Assembly (NCBI GenBank): GCA_022424905.1
Contig: JAKMGP010000038.1
Span: forward strand, 704-64,703
DNA from: Akkermansiaceae bacterium
GTDB lineage: Bacteria; Verrucomicrobiota; Verrucomicrobiia; Verrucomicrobiales; Akkermansiaceae
Length of the DNA stretch: 64,000 bases
Reading direction: 5' to 3'
Numbering within the stretch: position 1 is the stretch's first letter; each line of letters begins with the position of its first letter. A program made the translations under genes and the position numbers. Positions 47,287-57,173 of the stretch are shown here, piece by piece. Under the pieces are notes generated by a model. The model saw only the letters and a list, made by a program, of their open reading frames with translations, was not told where the DNA came from and did not search any database.

Positions 47287-48240
47287 ATGCCATCTCAACT
47301 TGACAGCCTGAAACAATTTACGGTCGTTGTTGCTGATACGGGTGATTTCGCCTCGATGCAGGAATACCAACCTCAAGACGCAACAACTAATCCTTCGCTG
47401 ATTCTTCAAGCAGCCAGCAAACTTGAATACAAATCTCTTGTCGAAAAGGCAATTACTGAAAATCAAGGTTCTGAACTTTCTGGGGACGCCTTGATCGAAG
47501 CAATCATGGATCGAGTCCTTATTCTTTTTGGCCTAGAAATCCTCAAGATCGTCCCTGGCCGCGTTTCCACCGAAGTAGACGCACGTCTTTCCTTCGACAA
47601 GAAGGCGACCATCGCCAAAGCCAAACAACTCATCGCAGCTTACGAAGCAGAAGGCATCTCTCGCGATCGTATTCTAATCAAGATCGCTTCAACCTGGGAG
47701 GGAATCAAGGCAGCAGAGGAACTAGAGAGAGAAGGCATTCATTGCAACCTCACTCTTCTCTTTGCCTTCGCTCAAGCAGTTGCCTGCGCCGAAGCAGGGG
47801 TTCAACTTATCTCACCATTTGTCGGACGTATTTACGATTGGTTCAAAAAGGAGAACGGCAAGGAATATTCCGGAGATGACGATCCTGGTGTTCAATCCGT
47901 TACCAAGATTTACAACTACTACAAAAAGTATGGCTACAAGACCGAGGTCATGGGTGCGTCTTTCCGTAACGCCGGACAGATTACATCACTAACCGGTTGC
48001 GACCTTCTCACAATTTCTCCCGGTCTTCTTGAAGAGCTCCAGAACACTGATGGCCCTCTCGAACAGAAGCTCAACGAGGAATCTCCTGAATGTGATCTGG
48101 AGAAGATCTCTCTCGACGAAAAGGGCTTCCGTTTCGAATTTAATGAAGACGCCATGGCCACTGAAAAAACAGCACAAGGTATTCGGGCTTTTTCTGCCGA
48201 TATCGTCAAGCTTGAAAGGCTTATAGAATCGATGGTCTAA
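47287..48240 (+). CDS. tal: Transaldolase (TalB type)
   Basis: [25 protein letters not shown] (Schiff-base Lys) and SPFVGRI motifs. Confidence 0.95.
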   Translation: MPSQLDSLKQFTVVVADTGDFASMQEYQPQDATTNPSLILQAASKLEYKSLVEKAITENQGSELSGDALIEAIMDRVLILFGLEILKIVPGRVSTEVDARLSFDKKATIAKAKQLIAAYEAEGISRDRILIKIASTWEGIKAAEELEREGIHCNLTLLFAFAQAVACAEAGVQLISPFVGRIYDWFKKENGKEYSGDDDPGVQSVTKIYNYYKKYGYKTEVMGASFRNAGQITSLTGCDLLTISPGLLEELQNTDGPLEQKLNEESPECDLEKISLDEKGFRFEFNEDAMATEKTAQGIRAFSADIVKLERLIESMV

Positions 48241-48261
48241 AAAATCCGCCTCAAAACTTCC

Positions 48262-48296
48262 AAAAAGCCTGCATCAGTTGATGCAGGCTTTTTTTG
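48262..48296 (+). terminator. Rho-independent terminator after tal (possibly bidirectional)
   Basis: A perfect 9-bp stem gcctgcatc (48267-48275) / gatgcaggc (48280-48288), loop agtt, then 7 T (48289-48295). It is preceded by aaaaa. Confidence 0.85.
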
Positions 48297-48397
48297 GTCC
48301 ATCCCAGTCGCTTAAGTCATCTCTCTTAATCCCGTTTCATCCACTCTTCGAAGAAAGGATACAATCCCAAACAGGAAGAAACAAGCACCTCGAAACC

Positions 48398-49666
48398 TCA
48401 AACCAATCCTTTTAACTGCCCTTCCCCTCGGACGCGATACTGATACGAAGTCAACTCACGTAACCCCATCGGTCCACGAGCATGAAGCTTGTCGGTCGAA
48501 ATTCCAATTTCCGCGCCAAAACCAAATTCTTCGCCATCACTATATCTCGTGGAAACATTATGAAAGACACAAGCTGAATCAACCCGACAAAGAAAGGCCT
48601 CCGCAATCGCCTCATTCTGCGTAACGATTACCTCAGTGTGCTGAGAACTATATTTGTTTATATGATCAATAGAAACATCCATCGATGAGACAACCTTTAC
48701 CGCTAAAATATAATCCAAATACTCTGTCCTCCAATCCTCCTCGGTAGCGACCTTGGCGTCGATGATCGCACAAGTGGCTTCATCGCCCCGCAACTCAACA
48801 TTTTTCTCTTCCAAAGCAGCAGCCACTCTAGGGAGAAATTCTGATGCTATTGCCTCATCAACCAAAAGCGTCTCAAGTGCATTGCAAACGCTTGGCTTCT
48901 GCGTCTTTGAATCAACAACGATTTTCACCGCCATTTCAAAATCAGCGTCCGAGTGGATATAGGCGTGGCAGATCCCGTCGTAGTGCTTAATCACTGGCAT
49001 GCGTGCGAGCGAAACGACAGTCTCGATCAAACCCTTCCCGCCTCTGGGAATGATTAAATCTAAATACCTATCCATTCCCGCCATTACTGCCACACTATCG
49101 CGATCCGTAAAAGGAATGAGCTGAATCGAACCTTCCGGAAGACCTTCATTTTCACCACCCGACTGCAGGGCGTCGGCCAATGCACGATTCGAATGAATCG
49201 CCTCGGAACCACCTCGCAAGATGGTGGCATTCCCCGATTTCAAACAAAGAACGGCAGCGTCACTCGTCACGTTAGGTCGACTCTCGTAAATGATTCCAAT
49301 CACACCAATTGGAACACGAAGTTGCTGGATACGAATGCCATTAGGTCGCTCCCATTCATCCAAAATCTCACCCACTGGATCAGGCAATGTTGCCACTTTT
49401 TCGACACCTAGAGCTACTGCCTCTAATCGATCTGCGTCAAGTCGCAGACGATCTAACATAGCCAAAGTTAGGCCACGCTCCTCACCAGCGGCGATATCCT
49501 TGGCATTCGCCTCAAGAATCTCAGAAGCTGTCGAGCGAATACCAGCAGCCATTGCTCTGAGAATTTCATTCTTTTTCTTGTCCGAAAGAACAGCTAACGC
49601 CAAGGCCGCCGCCCGTGCCTTGCCTCCCATTTTGTAAACATGATCTTCAATCTCTTCTCTGGTCAT
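48398..49666 (-). CDS. proA: Gamma-glutamyl phosphate reductase
   Basis: A 422-aa aldehyde-dehydrogenase-fold protein with ProA blocks (IGIIYESRPNV, NATILRGGSEA, CNALETLLV, HTEVIVT) and a C-terminal TSYQYRVRG-like end. Confidence 0.9.
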   Translation of the reverse strand: MTREEIEDHVYKMGGKARAAALALAVLSDKKKNEILRAMAAGIRSTASEILEANAKDIAAGEERGLTLAMLDRLRLDADRLEAVALGVEKVATLPDPVGEILDEWERPNGIRIQQLRVPIGVIGIIYESRPNVTSDAAVLCLKSGNATILRGGSEAIHSNRALADALQSGGENEGLPEGSIQLIPFTDRDSVAVMAGMDRYLDLIIPRGGKGLIETVVSLARMPVIKHYDGICHAYIHSDADFEMAVKIVVDSKTQKPSVCNALETLLVDEAIASEFLPRVAAALEEKNVELRGDEATCAIIDAKVATEEDWRTEYLDYILAVKVVSSMDVSIDHINKYSSQHTEVIVTQNEAIAEAFLCRVDSACVFHNVSTRYSDGEEFGFGAEIGISTDKLHARGPMGLRELTSYQYRVRGEGQLKGLV

Positions 49667-49713
49667 CTTCGAAAAACCTAACGCTCTTTGAGTGAGAAGG
49701 CACCGTTAAAAAA

Positions 49714-51075
49714 TCATCCCTCAAGAACTTTTTCACCCTCACTCTTAGCAATTACGAGAGCCGCACAGCTGTCCCCAAAGACGTTCACAGCAGTCCGGGT
49801 CATATCAAGCAGGCGATCAACCGCCAGCAAAGCGACTACCGCTGTCTCGGCTCCCGGGATCTTAGAACTAGTAAGAATAATCATAATCGCCACCAAGGAG
49901 GCCGAAGGTATTCCAGCGACCCCGACACTCGTAAGCAAAGCGCTGACCACCACCATAAACTGTGCCGCGATAGACAGCTCAAAACCCATCACTTGCGCAA
50001 CAAAAATCACCGCAACACATTCGTAGAGTGCTGTTCCGTCCATATTAACAGTGGCTCCAAGGGGGAGCGTAAAACTCGCAGTCGACTTAGAAACTCCGGC
50101 ATTTTCTTGAATACACCTCATCGTGACCGGAAGAGTGGCTGAAGATGAAGCTGTCGAAAAGGCAGTCAAAAGTGCCGTTCGCATCGCTCTAAAATGATCC
50201 AGAGGGTTCACGCCCGCCAAGATCTTAATTACCAGCGGCATAATTACGAAGAGATGGATACCGAGTGCTAGTAAAACGGTCACAAAATACTTAAACAAAG
50301 CCCCATAAAGCGCACCTCCAGTTTTAAACACAACAGGAAGCAGAAGTGCAAAGACACCAATAGGAGCCAAAGCCATGATCCATTGAGTTAAGACAATCAT
50401 CACATCATTCAATGAGACAAAAATATCTCGAATCGGTGAAACCTGCTGCAGCGGAAGACGCGTCATAGCGATCGCAAAAAGAAGACTAAAAAAGATTAAA
50501 CCAAGCATCTGTCCATTATTCATGGCAGCCGCGAATACATTGGTGGGAACCATACGAACAAAAAAACCTGTGAGTTGTCTCGCAATACCACCTTGCTCTT
50601 CTCCCATTCCTTTTGCCGCGTGCACTTTCTCAAGAGCAGCCTCGCCAGCAACATTTTCCTTGTGGTCCTCAAACGCTAAGCGGATGTCCTCGTTAGGACG
50701 GCCGTTGCTGAGTCCTGGCTGAATCACGTTAACCAAAATCAATCCTAGGCAAATCGCCAATAGGCTAGTCAGAGCATAAAATCCTGCCGTTTTTCCCAGT
50801 AGACGACCAAAGCCCTCCATGCCATGGAGGCTCGTGATCCCAGAAATAACGGAAGAGACGACCAAAGGAACAATGATCATTTTGAGAAGATTCAGGAACA
50901 GTTGCCCCACATCAGCCGAAAACGTAACGGCACCATTCACAAAATCCTCACCCCAAACTCCATTAGCAGCAAAGCTTCGAAAGATGAGCCCGGTAATCGT
51001 GGCAAGAATCAAAGAAATAAGAATTTGCCAATGAGGTTTAACTTTCACTCTAGGATCATAGAATTTCAAAGTCAC
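49714..51075 (-). CDS. Dicarboxylate/amino acid:cation symporter (DAACS/SDF family)
   Basis: Polytopic protein with family blocks SSSATLPVT, GATVNMDGTALY and DRLLDMTRTAVNVFGD. Confidence 0.9.
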   Translation of the reverse strand: MTLKFYDPRVKVKPHWQILISLILATITGLIFRSFAANGVWGEDFVNGAVTFSADVGQLFLNLLKMIIVPLVVSSVISGITSLHGMEGFGRLLGKTAGFYALTSLLAICLGLILVNVIQPGLSNGRPNEDIRLAFEDHKENVAGEAALEKVHAAKGMGEEQGGIARQLTGFFVRMVPTNVFAAAMNNGQMLGLIFFSLLFAIAMTRLPLQQVSPIRDIFVSLNDVMIVLTQWIMALAPIGVFALLLPVVFKTGGALYGALFKYFVTVLLALGIHLFVIMPLVIKILAGVNPLDHFRAMRTALLTAFSTASSSATLPVTMRCIQENAGVSKSTASFTLPLGATVNMDGTALYECVAVIFVAQVMGFELSIAAQFMVVVSALLTSVGVAGIPSASLVAIMIILTSSKIPGAETAVVALLAVDRLLDMTRTAVNVFGDSCAALVIAKSEGEKVLEG

Positions 51076-51310
51076 AACTCCAAGAAGGAAGCGAATTTGT
51101 TATCGACAAACTCTATAAAAAGATTCCCACGCAACTTAATAGATCCATGCTGTCAATTCGGATTCATTCTGCTTGCGAGTCCTGAATTCATCTTAAGCTT
51201 GAGCATTGAAAGCTGATTTTTTGTCCACCAACTCTCTCGATCCGGCAAACAGGTGCTCAAAATTCCGTGGGAGTATCATTTCACAGAGGCAAATTCTTGC
51301 AGTCAGCTGA

Positions 51311-51341
51311 ACCTTTTGAATGTGAATAACTTTCAAAAGGT
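51311..51341. promoter_or_regulatory. Perfect 10-bp inverted repeat (possible operator or RNA hairpin) upstream of the LptF/G gene
   Basis: accttttgaa (51311-51320), an 11-nt spacer, then ttcaaaaggt (51332-51341). It lies 75 bp upstream of the ATG at 51416, in a 340-bp divergent intergenic region. Confidence 0.3.
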
Positions 51342-51415
51342 CGCTATTTTAACAATGCCGTGTTTGCTTCTCACAGCCTTCACGCTAGCCTCACGGCTAT
51401 TCCACATCTTCATTC

Positions 51416-52777
51416 ATGCGTCGCTTCCTTCCGGCCCTCACCCTAACCCTTATCGGTATAAGCCTCGCTGTGCTGCTTGCTTCTCGGGAAGCCGCACTCG
51501 TAAGCGATCACCTTGTTGGATTCCCAGATGATCACAAGACGGCGCATCTTTTGCGGCCAGCAGTCCTCGGTGCCTTATGCCTCATTCCAGCGTTAGCGGC
51601 ACTTTACTATGGTTTGGTTGGTTCACTCGATCGCTATCTTATTCGTGCTTTTATGGGGGCCTTTAGCCTCTGCTTTACAGCACTTTTTTCAATTTGGTTG
51701 ATTGGTGACCTTACCGAAAACATCTCGGACTTTCGGGGAAGCGGCAACACCCTTCATTTCATGGGCATGTATTATGGGGCTGCATTCCCCAAATTCTTTG
51801 TCGACTTCGCTCCATTCGGACTCCTTCTCGCCATGCTTTACTCGCTAGGAAAGCTTTCTCGTGGCCAAGAGATTGTTTCCATCATTCAAACAGGGCGAGG
51901 TGTGGCCCGACTCATCGCGCCACTCATCACGATGGGATTTATGGTAGGCCTGGTTTGTCTCGGCTTCAATTATCGTTGGGCACCAGCCGCCGCCGCTTAT
52001 CATGACGCCCTTCTCGAAGAGGCCAAAATGGGATCGCTCAGCAGAGCTCGCAACGTAGTTTATTTCACGAAAGACAATCGCCGCCTCTGGTTCATTGAAG
52101 GGTTTCCCTACGACTACCATCAAGGAGAACCACTTAAAAACATCATTGTCCGTTCTTTTTCCGAAAATGGCTCGCCTGAATGGCGCCTCCGGGCAGAGAG
52201 AGCGGAATGGGATCGGCATAATAACAACTGGACTTTTCACGGAATCTCGAAGTGGGACCTCACTAACCGGCTTGATACCAAAGAATCTCCAATTGACCCA
52301 AAGCGTGAACTTCAATTACCTGATCCATACGTAATCGAAGCTTGGGATGAAACCCCGTGGCAACTCATCAAACCTGGTCTCAAAGCAGAAGATTTAGGCA
52401 TCCCTGGCCTTTACAGCTGGCTAGTGCAGAACCGCGAATCTGAATGGGGAAACAAAAGGCAATTTCTAACCCAATGGCACTATCGCTGGGCTCAACCAGG
52501 AATCTGCCTCGCAATTGTTCTTCTCGCTGCGCCACTCGGAATTGTTTTTAGCAGACGGGGCGCCGCTGGGGGTATCGCTCTCGCGATATTTATCTGCTCC
52601 GGCATGATGTTTTCATCGACTGTTTTCCTCTCGCTTGGCGAATCCGGATACATGCCACCTTTGTGGGCCGCTTGGGGTACTAATATTCTTGCCACTGCAA
52701 TGGCACTTATTCTCATTCAGCGGCGCCTTGTCGGACGCCCAATCTATCAAACCATAAGAACCCTCATTCCAGTTTAA
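51416..52777 (+). CDS. LptF/LptG family LPS export permease
   Basis: YjgP/YjgQ architecture: three N-terminal TM helices, a periplasmic beta-jellyroll region (RLWFIEGF..., WTFHG) and three C-terminal TM helices. The N-terminal LDRYLIRAF motif is present. Confidence 0.8.
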   Translation: MRRFLPALTLTLIGISLAVLLASREAALVSDHLVGFPDDHKTAHLLRPAVLGALCLIPALAALYYGLVGSLDRYLIRAFMGAFSLCFTALFSIWLIGDLTENISDFRGSGNTLHFMGMYYGAAFPKFFVDFAPFGLLLAMLYSLGKLSRGQEIVSIIQTGRGVARLIAPLITMGFMVGLVCLGFNYRWAPAAAAYHDALLEEAKMGSLSRARNVVYFTKDNRRLWFIEGFPYDYHQGEPLKNIIVRSFSENGSPEWRLRAERAEWDRHNNNWTFHGISKWDLTNRLDTKESPIDPKRELQLPDPYVIEAWDETPWQLIKPGLKAEDLGIPGLYSWLVQNRESEWGNKRQFLTQWHYRWAQPGICLAIVLLAAPLGIVFSRRGAAGGIALAIFICSGMMFSSTVFLSLGESGYMPPLWAAWGTNILATAMALILIQRRLVGRPIYQTIRTLIPV

Positions 52778-52786
52778 TTCCACAAC

Positions 52787-53431
52787 ATGAAAGAACCATG
52801 GAGCATCAAATCACGGGCCCGTGAATGCGCAGAAAGCGGAGACGCTTTTCAGTCAGGACAAAAAATTCGCGCCGCCATTTTCCCTGACCCCGAATCATCT
52901 GGCTATCTTCGCAAGGACTACACGATCGAGGCCTGGGAAAATCGTAAGGGGGAGGAAGATCCATTTTCTTGTTGGCTTACAACTTACGAGCCACCGGTTA
53001 CTGAAGAAAAAGCGGAAGATGTTGTTGATGATGATCCTGAAACTCTACTGAAACGCCTCGTAGACGAGGAAGAAGAACACACAGAGAACGCTAGATATAT
53101 TTTGGCCGTCATGCTTGAACGAAAGAAGCTTCTTCGGGAAACCGACACTCAGGAAATCCCGTCAGGTATCTTGCGAATTTACGAGCATCGTAAATCTGGT
53201 GACGTCTACATCATCAAGGACCCACAAATTGCCCTTACAGACGTTGATCGAGTTCAAGAAGAAGTCCGTCAACTTCTAGACCCTTCGACCACCGTCGCCG
53301 AAGAGACCAGCGAGAACCTCGAGCCAATTGAGGAACTCTCTAAAGAAAACCCTGCGAATTCGCAACCAAGCTCGAAGAACGAAGAGGCTGAAGGGGTGTT
53401 AGAAACAAAAAACACCGACGAGGTGGAATAA
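52787..53431 (+). CDS. Hypothetical acidic cytoplasmic protein
   Basis: A 214-aa ORF whose stop overlaps the dusB start by 1 nt (taATG). The C-terminal third is highly acidic. I recognised no family. Confidence 0.5.
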   Translation: MKEPWSIKSRARECAESGDAFQSGQKIRAAIFPDPESSGYLRKDYTIEAWENRKGEEDPFSCWLTTYEPPVTEEKAEDVVDDDPETLLKRLVDEEEEHTENARYILAVMLERKKLLRETDTQEIPSGILRIYEHRKSGDVYIIKDPQIALTDVDRVQEEVRQLLDPSTTVAEETSENLEPIEELSKENPANSQPSSKNEEAEGVLETKNTDEVE

Positions 53432-54420
53432 TGCTCCCTTGGTTCAAGGATCAATTTCCGATCTATCTCGCACCCATGGCGGGGGTGACTGATGTAACTT
53501 TCCGTACGCTCTGTAAAGAATTGGGTGCAGATGTCATGATCACAGAATTCGTCTCGGCCGAAGGCATCATACAAGCCGACCACCGGACCCGGAAATACAC
53601 TACATTTACCGATAATCAGCGCCCCGTTGGTGTTCAGCTTTTCGGAGCCGATGGTGATCGAATGGGCGAAGCCGCGAAGAAAATCATAGATTGGAAACAG
53701 CCTGATTTCATTGATCTTAATTTTGGCTGCCCTGTGAATAAAGTTGTCTCAAAAAATGGAGGTTCCTCACTCTTAAAAGACTGCCCACTATTGACAGATA
53801 CTACAGCGAAAATAGTCAAAGCAATAGGAGGTCAAGTCCCGGTTACTGGAAAAATAAGAATTGGCTGGGACCAGAAATCTATCAACGCTCCCCACGTCTG
53901 CCATTTACTCGAGGATTGTGGTATTCAAGCAATCGCAATTCATGGTCGCACCCGTTCGCAAGGATATCGAGGCGAGGCTGACTGGGAGGTCATAAATGAA
54001 TGCGCCGAATCCTCTGGAATTCCGATCATCGGAAACGGGGACATCACCTCAGCTGAGAACCTAAAACACCGCAAGGAAACAACCGCTGTTTCCGGGGTAA
54101 TGATTGGGAGAGCTGCAATGCAAAACCCTTGGATCTTTTCTGAAGCTAAGAGCTTCCTGACCAACGGAAAGCTTCCTTCTCGCCCAAGTATCGCTGAGCG
54201 TTGGAACTTTGTAATTCGTCATTGTCGTCTCGCAGTGGAATCCGATCGCTATGGAGAAGAAAAGCACACCCTTATGGCTATGCGGTCGCGCTTGATGACG
54301 TACTGCAAAGGTTTCCCCGGCGCCAAGCCTCTTCGCCAACAACTCTCACAGGTTACCTCAATTGCGGATGTTGAGGAGATTGCCGCTCACAGCGAGGATT
54401 TGCGTGAAGAATCCCAATAA
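53431..54420 (+). CDS. dusB: tRNA-dihydrouridine synthase
   Basis: LAPMAGVTD, DLNFGCP and HGRTR motifs of the Dus family. Assignment to DusB is by length and architecture only. Confidence 0.85.
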   Translation: MLPWFKDQFPIYLAPMAGVTDVTFRTLCKELGADVMITEFVSAEGIIQADHRTRKYTTFTDNQRPVGVQLFGADGDRMGEAAKKIIDWKQPDFIDLNFGCPVNKVVSKNGGSSLLKDCPLLTDTTAKIVKAIGGQVPVTGKIRIGWDQKSINAPHVCHLLEDCGIQAIAIHGRTRSQGYRGEADWEVINECAESSGIPIIGNGDITSAENLKHRKETTAVSGVMIGRAAMQNPWIFSEAKSFLTNGKLPSRPSIAERWNFVIRHCRLAVESDRYGEEKHTLMAMRSRLMTYCKGFPGAKPLRQQLSQVTSIADVEEIAAHSEDLREESQ

Positions 54421-54500
54421 AGAAGACAAATATAATTATTTTCGCTCTTCTGAAGATAAAGAGAGTTGAATCAATTTTCCTACTGGCATACTCTCAACGA

Positions 54501-55292
54501 GTGTGTGCACGCATTACAACTTTAATTCTCGTTTCGGGGGCCCACATGCTTTCAGCTGAAACCATTTCGGACCGATTGGATCACCTCGAATCTGACGTTT
54601 CCAAAATCAAAAGTCTTCTAGCAGAATTGACCAGCGGAAATCTAGACGAACGCGATTCTCCACCCCAAAAACCTACAAAAACTAGCGGTCAATTCTATGT
54701 AATCCGTTCCGGCGATTCCTATTGGTCAATTGCACGGCGTTATAAGACATCGGTAACAGCTCTTCTCGAGACCAATCCAGGCATCGACCCAAACCGACTC
54801 ACAATCGGCACAAAGATCACCATTCCCAGTCGCAAAAGAGTTCAAAAGCCTTCTACCGCAACTAGGACCTATCGCGTAAAAAGTGGCGATATCCTCGGCC
54901 GCATTTCGATCAACCATGGTATACCACTTCAAAAACTCCTTAACGCGAATCCAGGCGTGAATCCCCAAATCCTCAAAGTTGGAACGATCCTAAAGATTCC
55001 GAGCGCTAGTTTGACGCCACTGGCAAGTCGATCCAGTTCGCTTCAACCAACCCAACCAAACGATTCAGATCACTTAAAGACCAGTCAATTGAAGCAAATC
55101 AAAAACCGCAAGTTAGAGGGGGATGACCTAAGGAAACCCCGTCTTGTAGTGATTGAGGAAAACCTCCGCTTTTCTGAGATCGCTGAGCGTTACGAGACGA
55201 CCGTTACAGATTTAAATAAACTCAACCAGCGCAACCTCAGTCCCCAGCAAATGATTAAGAGCGGCTCCCAGCTCTACATTCTACCTCATTAG
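54501..55292 (+). CDS. Secreted protein with three LysM peptidoglycan-binding repeats
   Basis: Signal-like N-terminus and a short coiled coil. The LysM repeats are YVIRSGDSYWSIARRY...ITIP, YRVKSGDILGRISINH...LKIP and a degenerate third (VVIEENLRFSEIAERY...LYI). Confidence 0.8.
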   Translation: MCARITTLILVSGAHMLSAETISDRLDHLESDVSKIKSLLAELTSGNLDERDSPPQKPTKTSGQFYVIRSGDSYWSIARRYKTSVTALLETNPGIDPNRLTIGTKITIPSRKRVQKPSTATRTYRVKSGDILGRISINHGIPLQKLLNANPGVNPQILKVGTILKIPSASLTPLASRSSSLQPTQPNDSDHLKTSQLKQIKNRKLEGDDLRKPRLVVIEENLRFSEIAERYETTVTDLNKLNQRNLSPQQMIKSGSQLYILPH

Positions 55293-55297
55293 TAGAC

Positions 55298-55831
55298 TTG
55301 CCTACTCAGACCCTCCTCGCTATTCTCGAGACAATGGAGAGCCACGATATCCTTAAGAAAGCCTTTCAAAACTGCAGCCCAAAAGAAATCGCTGGTGAAT
55401 TGGGTGTCTCACTTTCTCTTGTTTACAAATGGGCTCAAGAGCAGTCTGAAAGCGGTAGCGGCTCCCGAAATCCGCTTGATCGCCTCCTTGAAATCGTCCG
55501 CCTCACTGAAGAGGAGCAGATCATCGAATGGCTTTGCGAGCGTTGCAACGGCTACTTTGTGCGCAACCCATCCACTTCCTCTCAGCAGAATTTTGAAGTG
55601 CTTCCAGCCACTAACGAAATTGTTTCCCAGTTTTCAAATCTTCTTTCCAGGATCTCGCAATCAGCGATCGATAACTCGATCACCCTAGATGAAGCTCAAG
55701 AGATTCGGGAGCAATGGGATCGCCTAAAGGGGATCGGAGAGGGCTTTGCCCGTTGCTGCGAGGAAGGCGACTTTACAAAGATGGAGGGCGAGAAGGAAAC
55801 CGAGCCCAATCCTCGAAAAACTCTCTACTAG
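55298..55831 (+). CDS. Small helix-turn-helix protein, possibly phage CII/CP76-like regulator
   Basis: The HTH-like segment SPKEIAGELGVSLSLVYKWAQE and the later ITLDEAQEIREQWDRLK segment recall P2/186-type CII proteins. TTG start according to the ORF track. Family assignment is tentative. Confidence 0.4.
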   Translation: MPTQTLLAILETMESHDILKKAFQNCSPKEIAGELGVSLSLVYKWAQEQSESGSGSRNPLDRLLEIVRLTEEEQIIEWLCERCNGYFVRNPSTSSQQNFEVLPATNEIVSQFSNLLSRISQSAIDNSITLDEAQEIREQWDRLKGIGEGFARCCEEGDFTKMEGEKETEPNPRKTLY

Positions 55832-55892
55832 AAGCCGAAATACTTTTTGATCCCGGTTGCTCGTTCATGCGAGCCAGTCTATAGGTGATTGA

Positions 55893-57173
55893 ATGTCGAC
55901 CCGAGTCCGGACCCGTTTTGCCCCCTCACCTACTGGCTACCTCCATGTTGGAGGTGCGCGAACCGCGTTGTTTAACTGGCTTTACGCCAAGCATCACGGA
56001 GGAACCTTTGTCCTCCGGGTTGAGGACACCGATGGAACCCGGAACACCGAAGCTGCAAAATCCGCAATCTTCGAAGGTATGGAATGGCTGGGACTCGACT
56101 GGGAAGGCCCGGGGAACGAGGGTGATTGCGGCCCTTACTACCAATCTCAGCGTTCCGAGATTTATCTCAAATGGTTTGAAAAGCTAGTTGAGGAGAATCG
56201 GGTTTACGAAGACGAGGGTGCTTGGCGTTTTCGCTTCGAACGCAAATTAATCACGATGGACGATCTCGTTTGCGGCGAAGTGACAATTGATTATAGCGAC
56301 GACTCAAACACTCCAGACATGGTAATCCGCCGTTCGGACGGATCTTTTGTGTTTCACTTCGTCAATGTGGTGGATGACCTTACGATGGGGATTACCCATG
56401 CAATTCGCGGTGAGGACCATCTCATGAACACACCGAAGCACCTTCAACTTTTCGAAGCCTTCGGGGCAACCCCTCCAAAATACGCTCACATCCCGCTTAT
56501 CTTGAATGGTGACGGATCCAAAATGTCAAAACGTGACGAAGGCGCCGCCTTGGGAGACTACCCACGCCAAGGTTTTCTACCCGGGGCAGTTGTCAACTTC
56601 TTGGCATTACTCGGATGGTCACCAAAAGATGAGAGTGAAATATTCTCAACCGCTGAATTGATACAAAAGTTCTCGCTTGATACCGTCAATCGCGCTCCTG
56701 CTCGCTTCGACCCCAATAAATGTCGATGGGTCAACCAACAACATATTCTAGGACTTTCATCTGAGGAGTTCGTGAGCCAATGTGACAGTCAAGCAAGTCC
56801 CGAAATGCTAAACTCAGTGAAGGAAAAAGTGGCCCTACTCACCGAGGTTCCAGACGCAATTGCCTTTTACCTCGATCCTAATTTCCCGATCAACTCAGAT
56901 GCTCTCAACAAGGTAAAAGGTAATGAAAGCGCGGGACCTTTACTCAACGGCCTGGCTGAGAATTTTGAAAACCTTGAGGATTGGAATTCAGCAAAAGAGA
57001 CTGTTGCTTTAACAGCTAAAGCAGCCGGCGCAAAACCAGGACAGCTCATGTTCCCATTGAGAATTGCACTTTCAGGAAAATCCGGCGGACCTGATTTGGG
57101 AGCAATTCTTACGATCCTTGGGAAGAAGGAATGTGTTCGTCGGCTTCAACGATTCATAGAATTTCTCGCATGA
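55893..57173 (+). CDS. gltX: Glutamyl-tRNA synthetase
   Basis: RFAPSPTGYLHVGGARTALFN (HIGH), KMSKR (KMSKS), and a C-terminal LRIALSGKSGGPDL block. Confidence 0.9.
   Translation: MSTRVRTRFAPSPTGYLHVGGARTALFNWLYAKHHGGTFVLRVEDTDGTRNTEAAKSAIFEGMEWLGLDWEGPGNEGDCGPYYQSQRSEIYLKWFEKLVEENRVYEDEGAWRFRFERKLITMDDLVCGEVTIDYSDDSNTPDMVIRRSDGSFVFHFVNVVDDLTMGITHAIRGEDHLMNTPKHLQLFEAFGATPPKYAHIPLILNGDGSKMSKRDEGAALGDYPRQGFLPGAVVNFLALLGWSPKDESEIFSTAELIQKFSLDTVNRAPARFDPNKCRWVNQQHILGLSSEEFVSQCDSQASPEMLNSVKEKVALLTEVPDAIAFYLDPNFPINSDALNKVKGNESAGPLLNGLAENFENLEDWNSAKETVALTAKAAGAKPGQLMFPLRIALSGKSGGPDLGAILTILGKKECVRRLQRFIEFLA

Noticed and set aside
47200-47466. An 88-aa minus-strand ORF in the zwf-tal spacer running into tal.
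   Set aside because: It overlaps the well-supported tal N-terminus in antisense, and its composition is not protein-like.
55893-57173. gltX at 426 aa looked short, raising the possibility of a truncated pseudogene.
   Set aside because: The HIGH and KMSKS motifs and the typical C-terminal anticodon-binding end (LRIALSGKSGGPDL...) are all present in one frame, and the stop is coupled to the aroE start. The gene is intact.
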